Positions 56,434 through 64,000 of a stretch of DNA of 64,000 nucleotides are shown here, piece after piece. A model generated the notes under the pieces. The model had not been told where the DNA came from and searched no databases. It worked only from the letters and a program-made list of their open reading frames with translations. Positions within the stretch are counted from its first letter, which is position 1; each line of letters begins with the position of its first letter. The stretch comes from Cyanidioschyzon merolae (Eukaryota). Position numbers and translations under genes: made by a program. The stretch lies in the NCBI GenBank assembly GCA_000091205.1, contig AP006495.2; one strand, written 5' to 3'.

Positions 56434-57039
56434 ATGATCGAAACCGATGGAGTAGCTTTGTGTGTACACTATCGGCGGTTGAAGATAAATCGTCCAGTTC
56501 CGCCCTCGGCCGCGCCCGTCACGAAGGATGAAGAAATCAAAGAGGCGGATCCTGCGACGCAGGAGGTGCATGACAAGGGCCTCGTCGTTGACGCGGTGAA
56601 GCATGAAGATGAGAAGGAGGCGGATCCTGCGACACAGGAGGTGCATGACAAGGGCCTCGTCGTTGACGCGGCGAAGCATGAAGATGAGAAGGAGGCGGAT
56701 CCCGCGACACAGGAGGTGCATGACAAGGGCCTCGTCGTTGACGCGGCGAAGCATGAAGATGAGAAGGAGGCGGATCCCGCGACGCAGGAGGTGCATGACA
56801 AGGGCCTCGTCGTTGGCACGGACCCTGAGAATACGAATATCATGACCATCGCAGCACCGAAGCGTGCGGTAGATGGCATTGACGGCAACTTACGTGAGAG
56901 CGACTTGCGTCTGTTGAGGTTCTCAAGAACTAGATATTCTCGAGAATCCGGTATAATGACTGCGAGGAAGAAAATTGAGACACGGAATGCAGGAATGAAG
57001 GATCACCTGGAAGCTTTGAGCGCGCTGACGACCCGATGA
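56434..57039 (+). CDS. Element ORF3 (copy C): 4 x 23-aa repeats followed by a RuvC-I-like motif
   Basis: [36 protein letters not shown]([25 protein letters not shown])x4 ..[33 protein letters not shown]... The G-T-D-P-(G/E)-N-T-N-I-M-T-I-A pattern resembles the RuvC-I motif (G-I-D-x-G-x-x-x-x-A/T) of TnpB/Cas12/Fanzor nucleases. Confidence 0.45.
   Translation: MIETDGVALCVHYRRLKINRPVPPSAAPVTKDEEIKEADPATQEVHDKGLVVDAVKHEDEKEADPATQEVHDKGLVVDAAKHEDEKEADPATQEVHDKGLVVDAAKHEDEKEADPATQEVHDKGLVVGTDPENTNIMTIAAPKRAVDGIDGNLRESDLRLLRFSRTRYSRESGIMTARKKIETRNAGMKDHLEALSALTTR
56542..56815. repeat. In-frame 69-bp tandem repeat, 4 units (copy C)
   Basis: Unit gaggcggatcc(t/c)gcgac(a/g)caggaggtgcatgacaagggcctcgtcgttgacgcgg(c/t)gaagcatgaagatgagaag, with starts at 56542, 56611, 56680 and 56749. 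Confidence 0.85.
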
Positions 57040-57057
57040 GCGGACTTTCAAGCTTTT

Positions 57058-57543
57058 ATGAAATTCATGCAAGTTCGCGTTGCTCATTGGGATGCGCTGT
57101 GGAAAGAGTACACCAAGCCCCGGTGGGCTCGATTGCGAATGAATCTACACTGTGGGAAGCGGCGCGCGTTCGCGAACTTTTTCAATCGGCTGAGCGCCCT
57201 GAAGGGGAATGAAAGTCAGAGGCTCATAGTAGCTTATTGGGCTGGGCGCTGGATGACCCAAAAAGGAACGACGCCAGCCCCGACGACAAGAACGTACAAG
57301 GAGTGCGCACACTGTTTCGTCACGATACCTGTAGATAAGTTCCGAACATGGTATACACGCCACGAGCTGGGGTGTACACTTCAGAGAGTCGAGAAAGAAA
57401 AGTGCCAGCGGAGCCCTGGTGATATACAAACGTACGGAGCGCTGACGGAAGAGCAAATGGAAAGAAGGGCGAAAGTTCGAGGATTGCTCGCATTAGAAAG
57501 TACAACTACGAATGGCGAGAAACGCGTAGCGTTTGTGCATTGA
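57058..57543 (+). CDS. Element ORF4 (copy C): Cys-rich C-terminal module, in frame with ORF3 across a single TGA (57037-57039)
   Basis: ..TRTYKECAHCFVTIPVDKFRTWYTRHELGCTLQRVEKEKCQRSPGDIQTYGALTEEQMERRAKVRG.. shows a T-x-T-x-x-E-C-x-x-C ... C ... C ... D arrangement reminiscent of the TnpB Zn-finger plus RuvC-III segment. I cannot identify the RuvC-II glutamate with confidence. Confidence 0.4.
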   Translation: MKFMQVRVAHWDALWKEYTKPRWARLRMNLHCGKRRAFANFFNRLSALKGNESQRLIVAYWAGRWMTQKGTTPAPTTRTYKECAHCFVTIPVDKFRTWYTRHELGCTLQRVEKEKCQRSPGDIQTYGALTEEQMERRAKVRGLLALESTTTNGEKRVAFVH

Positions 57544-58028
57544 GACTTGAACGCCGCATGCAGTGGAAGGATATGTGCGGTGATGGAAAGAAGCTCCCAT
57601 AGTGGACAGGAGAGAACTTTGTGGGACAATCACTAAAAGTTGAACTATATGAGAAAACCATGGAAGCAGGAGTAGATGGCCGCTCCAAAAAGACGTGACA
57701 GAGTTTGCACCTCAGTCAGAGACTTCTTGTCTAGAGCGTATTTCTCGCCACTACTGCGTACTGCTGCCGGCAGCAACGTTTTTCTTTTGAAAGACGTTCG
57801 GTGTTTAGAAATCGCCGGCGCTGGCTCATCGGCTCTCTCCTGTGTCGTCTATTGACGCAAAGATTTGTGTTTTTTGTGCTTCCTAGCTTCGACGCTGAAG
57901 CGTTTGCGGCGTGCTCAGTGAACTTTGTACTCTGTTCACTGATCGGTAATCCGGGACGCGTTATACGACGCGCGCACTTAGCATTTATTGGCTACTTTTC
58001 GAGCTCAATCTTCCAAGCCTAAGTTTCA

Positions 58029-60953
58029 ATGGCACCTGCTCGTGGAGATTCAGAGGCGGCTCCAAGCGCAGACGCACCGACAACGCCCGCTTGCTGGCCC
58101 AGTTCTCGTGTGCGTCAAACATTCATCGATTATTTCATCGACAGGGGACACACTTTCGTAGAGTCGTCACCAGTGGTGCCTTTCGACGACCCGACACTGC
58201 TCTTCACCAACGCTGGTATGAACCAGTTCAAGCCCCTGTTCCTGGGTCGGGTGGATCCGACCTCACCCCTATTCGGCCTGAAACGCGCGTGTAACACCCA
58301 AAAGTGCGTGCGTGCCGGTGGGAAGCACAACGACCTGGACGATGTCGGCCGGGACACCTATCATCACACCTTTTTCGAGATGCTCGGCAACTGGTCGTTC
58401 GGCGACTACTTCAACGCCGAGGCGATCAACTGGGCATGGGACCTACTGACCCGCGTCTACGGACTCGATCCGGACCAGCTCTACGCAACCTACTTTGGTG
58501 GAGACGCTGCGAACCAGTTGCCCGCCGACCTTGATACTCGTGACCAGTGGCTGCGCTACCTGCCACCAGAGCGAGTGCTTCCATTCGGAACCAAGGATAA
58601 TTTTTGGGAAATGGGCGAGACTGGACCCTGTGGTCCCTGTACGGAAATTCACTATGACCGCGTTCGGGGTCGACCCGCGCACCAAGCTGCTGCCCTAGTC
58701 AATGCCGGTCACGAGTCGCTGATCGAGATCTGGAACCTCGTGCTGATCCAGTTCAACCGGGAACCAGACGGACAGTTGCGTCGGTTGCCTGCGCGTCACG
58801 TCGACACCGGCATGGGACTGGAACGTCTCTGCGCAATTCTGCAGGGAAAATCCTCAAACTACGACACCGATATGTTTGCGCCTCTGTTTGCAGCGATTCA
58901 GCGAGAGTCTGGATCGAGTGAAGCGTACGCTGGTCGGCTGGGTGCCACCGACTCTGCACTCACCGACACTGCCTATCGAGTTGTTGCCGATCACATACGC
59001 ACCCTGACGTTTGGCATCGCCGATGGGGCGGTACCCTCGAACGAAGGTCGAGGCTACGTTCTGCGCCGTATCCTGCGCCGCGCTGTGCGCTACGGGCAGC
59101 AGTTTCTGAACGCACCCCGCGGTTTTCTACACCGGCTCGTTCCGGACGTCGCACGGCTCTATCAAACGACGTTCCCTGAGGTGGCTGCAAAGGCTGACTA
59201 CATCGCTGGTGTCATTCAAGAGGAGGAGATGGCATTCAGTATGACGTTGAAACGCGGGTTGGATCGTTTCCACGAGACTGCACGGGCGCTCGTCGCGGCG
59301 GGTGAGCGCGTCTTTCCTGGCAAAGAGGCCTTCTTTCTGTATGACTCGATGGGCTTTCCGCTGGATTTGACCCAAATTCTGGCGAGGGAACGGGGCCTTG
59401 AAGTTGACGTCGAGGCATACGAGTCCGAAATGGCTCGTCAACGCGCGCAGTCGAGTGCTGCTCATCGGAAACGGCTCGGAGCGGCAGAAGCGCTCGTGCT
59501 CGGACCAGAGCCGCTTGCTGTCCTCTCTGAGCAATGGAAGATTTCACCAACAGACGACTCGCACAAGTATCAGTGGTACGAACCGCTCGAATGTACCGTA
59601 TTGGCGATCTACGCTGGCTCCGAGGGATTTTTGCCGGCTGCAGAGACCGGTGACGACGCCTGTGTTGGCGTCATTCTGGATCGAACGCCCTTCTACGCAG
59701 AGGCTGGCGGCCAGGTCGCAGACACCGGCCGTCTGGATGAGCGGTTTCACGTAATCAACGTGCAATCTTTTGGCGGCTATGTCGTCCATATCGGCTACGG
59801 TCGCATCGCAGTCGGTGAGCGAGTGATCGCGCACGTGGACTACGAACGACGGGCGCTGGTGGCGCCGAACCACACCGCTACGCACATCCTGAACTGGGCA
59901 ATATGGCAAGTCCTTGGCCAGCAGTGTGACCAGAAAGGTTCGTTGGTTGATGAACAAAAGCTCCGTTTTGACTTTGCGTACGGCCGTGGGCTCACCGCTG
60001 CCGAGTTAGAGCGCATCGAGCAGTGCTGTCGTGAAGTGATCGCTCGCAATTTCGTGGTCTACACACAGCAGGTCTCTCTGACAACCGCGAAGCAGATACG
60101 ATCGTTGCGCGCGGTATTCGGTGAGACCTACCCCAGTGAGGTTCGTGTCGTATGCATCGGAGCACCGGTGGAGAAAGTGCTTGCGGCTCCTGTGCAATCC
60201 GACTGGGACCAGTATTCGATTGAGTTGTGCGGGGGCACCCATTTACAGCGCACCGGGGAAGCGCACGCCTTCTGTCTCGTGGAAGAGGGCGCGATTGCGA
60301 AAGGCATCCGACGCGTGGTGGCCCGTACCGGGGCCTCAGCGCTCGAGTGCATGGCACTCGCGCGAGGTCTTGCCAGTCGCCTTCCGCCGGTGCCTGTAGG
60401 GTCCGCGGCTGAGAATGGTGCAAGCGGCGCTTCTGTGGATGCTTCCATGCCGCCCGTTGATCTGCTGACGACCTTGGCCGAGTCGCTCAAGGCGATCACC
60501 ATATCGGCGTCGGAGAAGGAGCGCCTTCGACAACGTCTGGACTATTGGGAGCGGATGGCTCGGAAGCAAGCGAAGCAGGTAGCCGCGGCACGCGAGCAGG
60601 CTCTCGTGGATGAGCTCGTACGGCTCGTGAACAATCCGCAGCAGGACGCAGGTTCACCAGTACGGCAGGTTCCCGTTGTTGTGGCTGCGCTTCCTATTGA
60701 CGGTGATCGCCGGATCCTGCAGGGCATGCTTCAGAGCGCCCTCAAACGTCTAGGCAGCGGGGTATGGGCGCTTCTGATTGCATCGCCGGAGCGCAACGAC
60801 GAATGCCTTGTTGGATGTGTCGCCGCGTACGAGGCGCAGCGCGCTGGTCTTGACTGTAGCCGATGGTTGACCGAAACCCTGGCCCCTTGGCATGGACGCG
60901 GTGGTGGCAAACCGGACGCAGCACGCGGCTCCTGTCGATTGCTTTCACCAATC

Positions 60954-60994
<41 letters not shown>

Positions 60995-61214
60995 CGCTGA
61001 TAGGACAGCGTCGATTCGAGAGGGGGATCCTGAACGAAACATCTATTATCTGGACAAAGCACTCATAGCTTTACATGATAGTATATTAACAGACAAAAAG
61101 GAAATTGCAGGGCTTCGACCGCTGCTGGAGCGAGCGGCACGCCTAGCGAATGCCGCGCTAGCGTCTTCCTTCGTTTCGACATCGACGTCGACGAGATCGG
61201 GGTCTGCTGCATAG
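58029..61214 (+). CDS. Alanyl-tRNA synthetase (class II), cytosolic type, with a polyQ insertion and a C-terminal extension
   Basis: ATG start. FIDYFIDRGHTFVESSPVVPFDDPTLLFTNAGMNQFKP (motif 1 region), FFEMLGNWSFGDYF, GPCGPCTEIHYD, TGMGLERL (motif 3), editing-domain HTATHIL...CGGTH, C-terminal DHHA1-like GGGKPDAARGS; (Q)13 at 60961-60999; 1061 aa. Confidence 0.95.
60961..60999. repeat. (CAG)13 microsatellite encoding polyglutamine inside the AlaRS C-terminal region
   Basis: cagcagcag.. x13 read directly; the antisense gives the polyC/polyA runs seen in minus-strand ORFs. Confidence 0.9.
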
Positions 61215-61369
61215 CCGTAAGTGTCGGCACTGGCACAGAGACCGAGTCCGCCTGCCTGCCTGCCTGCCTGCTGGTGCGTGCGCGTAAAAGAGGTTCGTTG
61301 GCTAATAGTCTGTGCTTGTTCGTGCGTGTGCATGCACTTGCACATGCACACACACGCAAACCAGTGCAC

Positions 61370-62173
61370 ATGACACTGGTACGCAGGGCCTGGGTCCCGC
61401 CACCTCTCAAGCCCGCTGGGGCGCTGCAAAGCCTGTGGCAGGACCTGGAACCCGGTGTGGTCCACCTCTGGCGTTTATGTTGGTCTCGGGTCGATTTGCC
61501 TCTTGACTGGCTAAGCGAGGACGAGCGGGCGTACGCACAACAGTCGCAGTCAGCGCGTCGGCGGCGGGAGTTTTGTACCTGTCGAGCGGCCTGGCGGGCG
61601 GTGCTCGCGCGCTACTACCAGCCGCAGGCGTGCGTACCGCAATCTGTGGCCCTCGCACGCACGGCTACAGGCAAACCCTTCCTCCAGAACGGGTATGTGC
61701 GCTTTAACACGTCCCACACCCGGGACTGGGCCGTGCTGGCGGTCACCGGGCCGACCTCAGCCATCGGTTGCGACGTTGAGCACCTGGACCGTCGAATCCG
61801 CGACCCGCTTGGGCTGGCGCGGCGGCTCGGACTTGACACCTTCCAAGCACCAGCACCAGACACGCTCGCAACGCTCTCACAGCAACTGCTCTTGACCTGG
61901 AGCGAGCGCGAAGCTGTCGCCAAGGCGCTGGACGTGAGCCTCGCTCGGATTCCTGCGACGCCCCAGTGCTCCGTGGTCAGGGTGCCGGTGCTGACGGGCC
62001 AGGTGCTTGCATCGATTGCAGTTGCTCCAGCACAACCCGTGAAGCGCATCGAAGCCTTCGCGCTGGACACGCTCACACCAGCGGCGTGGCGCACCCTGGC
62101 CCATGCACAGCCATCAGGCGCCATGGAGAATGCAACAGCAAGCGAGCAGCAAGCGACCTCACCGCCTCCATAA
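61370..62173 (+). CDS. 4'-phosphopantetheinyl transferase (Sfp/Lys5-type)
   Basis: PPTase motifs: AIGCDVEHLDR (G-x-D-x-E) and WSEREAVAKALDV (W-x-x-K/R-E-A-x-x-K-A). Track ORF starts at GTG 61274; first in-frame ATG at 61370. Confidence 0.6.
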   Translation: MTLVRRAWVPPPLKPAGALQSLWQDLEPGVVHLWRLCWSRVDLPLDWLSEDERAYAQQSQSARRRREFCTCRAAWRAVLARYYQPQACVPQSVALARTATGKPFLQNGYVRFNTSHTRDWAVLAVTGPTSAIGCDVEHLDRRIRDPLGLARRLGLDTFQAPAPDTLATLSQQLLLTWSEREAVAKALDVSLARIPATPQCSVVRVPVLTGQVLASIAVAPAQPVKRIEAFALDTLTPAAWRTLAHAQPSGAMENATASEQQATSPPP

Positions 62174-62359
62174 CCAAGCGTCAGAAGAAGCAGTTCTAGA
62201 GGCTCTAGCGCCGCTGACGCGACGCGAGTTCACATCCGCGTCGTCGGCTGCACACGCTTGTCATCGTCCACGCGCATCCGTACCTGATCACGTAAACTGC
62301 ACACGAGCGCCGCAACGTCACTTGTGTATCACAAGTTTGTAGCATAGGTTACAATGCGT

Positions 62360-64000
62360 TTACCGTTGACGCTGTGCATCCATGCCGTAGCCTGCGATGC
62401 GCACCCTGATCATTGCAGGCGCTGATGCATCATCATCATCCGAATGCTTCGAATGCTTCGAATGCTTCGAATGTTCCGAGTGCTCATCGATGCTGTCCGT
62501 CTCGATGCGTGTCCCCGCGATGCATGCACGCACGGATGATGACGCATCGGCTCCCTGGCGTTGCCGCGTTGCGTTCACGCGCGCTGCTGTCGATGTGGTG
62601 CGGGCGCTGCGCTCGCTGGTAGCTGTACTTGAAGCAGATACAGTCGTATTATCGTAGGTGTTGTTGTTCGTGTTATCGTCGACGAGTATCGGCCAGTCCG
62701 AGGCAGTGACCGACGCATTCGCTGCTGCTGAGCGACGAGCGGATATGGTTGTGGCGGCGGCGGCGCGTCGACCTGGCGGGCGGCCGCGTCTGCGGCGCAC
62801 GACCTGGACGGCACCCTGTTGATTCAGGTCGCTGGTGTCTACGACCGCTGCCGCTGCTGCTGGTGGTGGTGGTAACTCTGGCGCAGCACTTTCGCGTGCC
62901 GCTACATGGCGACGGCGGTCGCGTGGATGCTCTTGACCCGCTGAGCGACGATGCCATGCGCTTCGATGTGCAGATGCATCCTCTTCGTCGTCGTCGTCGT
63001 CGTCGTTATCGTTATCGTTCTCTGCGAACGAAGTCGAAGTGTCGGGTGTGCTGTCGTCGGGGTTCAGGCCGCGCAGGAGGCGTCGTTTGCGACGCACGGT
63101 CTCCTGATACCGCAGCCGTCTCATCTCTTTGCGGTGACGGCGTTCCCGAATGGCGCTCTCGAAATCGTCTGCAGTCTTGCCACGTTCCAAGAGACGCAGC
63201 CATTCGCCTTCCGTGAGGCCGTCGTCATACAACACTGTGCGGGTTCGTGCAGCGCGTCGACGGCGCGACTCGCGATCGATCGAGGTCGAGTCGTCGGCCT
63301 CGCTGCTGCCACTGCGTCGCCTCCGACCGGTGTCGGTACCGGAGGCGAACCCGTCGGCACCCGAGTCTGTTTGATCTTGATTCTGGCGGACCCAGTCCGG
63401 CAACTCGTTTTCATCCATGAGTAGCGGCGGGTAGAGCTCTGGTTGCGCGCGCCGTTGCACGTCGATTTGCTCGAAGAGTTCTAGTTCGGCCTCGGTGCGC
63501 GCAAGCAACTCGTTCAAGGTCTCGTCGTCGGGAACGTCGGCTGCTGCTTCGTTACCCTCCTGTTGCCGCAGCAGCTCTTCCAACATTGCCCGTCGCTCCT
63601 GGTCGGTTGCTTTCTGGTTAAACTTGCCGGCCTGAATGACCTGACGGTCCATGTTGAGCTTCCGATTGGCCTCGGCGAGGATACGCTCTTCGACCGTATC
63701 CGCGCAGATGAGACGAAACACACGTACCTCGTTGCGCTGCCCGATCCGATGGGCACGGTCTTGGGCTTGCAAGTCGGCCTGCGGATTCCAGTCCGAATCG
63801 AAGAGAATCACCGTGTCTGCGGTCTGCAGGTTCAGGCCAAGACCACCGGCACGCGTCGATAGCATGAAGAGAAAAATATCGTTATCGGGCGCATTGAACA
63901 GCTCCAGCATCTCGTGACGCTCTTCGGCCTTGGTACTGCCGTCCAAGCGCAGGTAACTAAAGTTGCGCAGCTTACAAAAGTCCTCGAGCACGTCCAACAG
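62360..64000 (-). CDS. SNF2-family chromatin-remodelling ATPase (Snf2/Brg1-like), C-terminal part; N-terminus lies beyond the window end
   Basis: Helicase-C block [96 protein letters not shown] is read from the window edge. Downstream SnAC-like [30 protein letters not shown], then an acidic/basic low-complexity tail with polyD and His/Ser-Lys repeats. The frame is open to position 64000. Confidence 0.85.
   Translation of the reverse strand: MLDVLEDFCKLRNFSYLRLDGSTKAEERHEMLELFNAPDNDIFLFMLSTRAGGLGLNLQTADTVILFDSDWNPQADLQAQDRAHRIGQRNEVRVFRLICADTVEERILAEANRKLNMDRQVIQAGKFNQKATDQERRAMLEELLRQQEGNEAAADVPDDETLNELLARTEAELELFEQIDVQRRAQPELYPPLLMDENELPDWVRQNQDQTDSGADGFASGTDTGRRRRSGSSEADDSTSIDRESRRRRAARTRTVLYDDGLTEGEWLRLLERGKTADDFESAIRERRHRKEMRRLRYQETVRRKRRLLRGLNPDDSTPDTSTSFAENDNDNDDDDDDEEDASAHRSAWHRRSAGQEHPRDRRRHVAARESAAPELPPPPAAAAAVVDTSDLNQQGAVQVVRRRRGRPPGRRAAAATTISARRSAAANASVTASDWPILVDDNTNNNTYDNTTVSASSTATSERSARTTSTAARVNATRQRQGADASSSVRACIAGTRIETDSIDEHSEHSKHSKHSKHSDDDDASAPAMIRVRIAGYGMDAQRQR

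Larger units (their letters stand above)
54975..57800 (+). mobile_element. Dispersed repeat copy C (plus orientation), the most intact copy; putative TnpB/Fanzor-like element
   Basis: Co-linear with copy B over about 2.8 kb; contains ORF1-ORF4, four 69-bp repeat units and the conserved 3' tail. The right end at about 57800 is 230 bp upstream of the alanyl-tRNA synthetase ATG, in the same orientation. Confidence 0.8.

Noticed and set aside
1-64000. Prokaryotic or viral interpretation of the window (operons, phage island)
   Set aside because: The genes carry mitochondrial-type presequences and long disordered tails with polyQ/polyD. Strands alternate and 1-2 kb spacers contain microsatellites. 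The gene set (cullin, Ulp1, SNF2, ARID, NHLRC2) is eukaryote-specific.

Overview
The window is a GC-rich eukaryotic nuclear segment. Supporting evidence: mitochondrial-type presequences, polyQ and low-complexity tails, TGA/TAG/TAA all used as stops, alternating strands, and intergenic spacers of 1-2 kb. Most recognisable genes are single ORFs with almost no introns. The gene content is housekeeping (a guess: stramenopile/oomycete-like): a cullin (partial, runs off the 5' edge and is therefore absent from the ORF track), a DegP/HtrA-type protease, an FkbM methyltransferase, adrenodoxin reductase, an aldo-keto reductase, a Ulp1 SUMO protease, a DAO/ThiO-like FAD oxidoreductase, dihydrolipoamide dehydrogenase, an SRPBCC protein, an NHL-repeat (NHLRC2-like) protein, an ARID protein, a WD40 protein, an NAD(P)-binding Rossmann protein, CDP-diacylglycerol synthase, alanyl-tRNA synthetase, a phosphopantetheinyl transferase and a SNF2 ATPase (partial, runs off the 3' edge). 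The standout feature is a roughly 2.3-2.8 kb dispersed element in three copies (A 25955-28250 minus, B 30440-33195 plus, C 54975-57800 plus; A and B form a head-to-head inverted pair). It encodes a four-ORF module whose 3' half carries a RuvC-I-like G-x-D-P-G-x-x-N motif and a Cys-rich C-terminus, suggesting a TnpB/Fanzor (OMEGA-like) nuclease. Other points about the element: a GGGAAAA heptamer at the ORF1/ORF2 junction; an in-frame TGA between ORF3 and ORF4; a 69-bp in-frame repeat present in 2, 3 and 4 copies; an approximately 250-bp 3' non-coding tail. All three copies sit immediately upstream of, and co-oriented with, a host gene. A decayed Tc1/mariner-type DDE transposase relic with a nearby TnpB RuvC-III-like motif (45127-45820), several minisatellites (111, 101, 93 bp units) and a possible metallophosphoesterase ORF interrupted by an in-frame TAG complete the picture. 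I found no rRNA, tRNA or CRISPR features.
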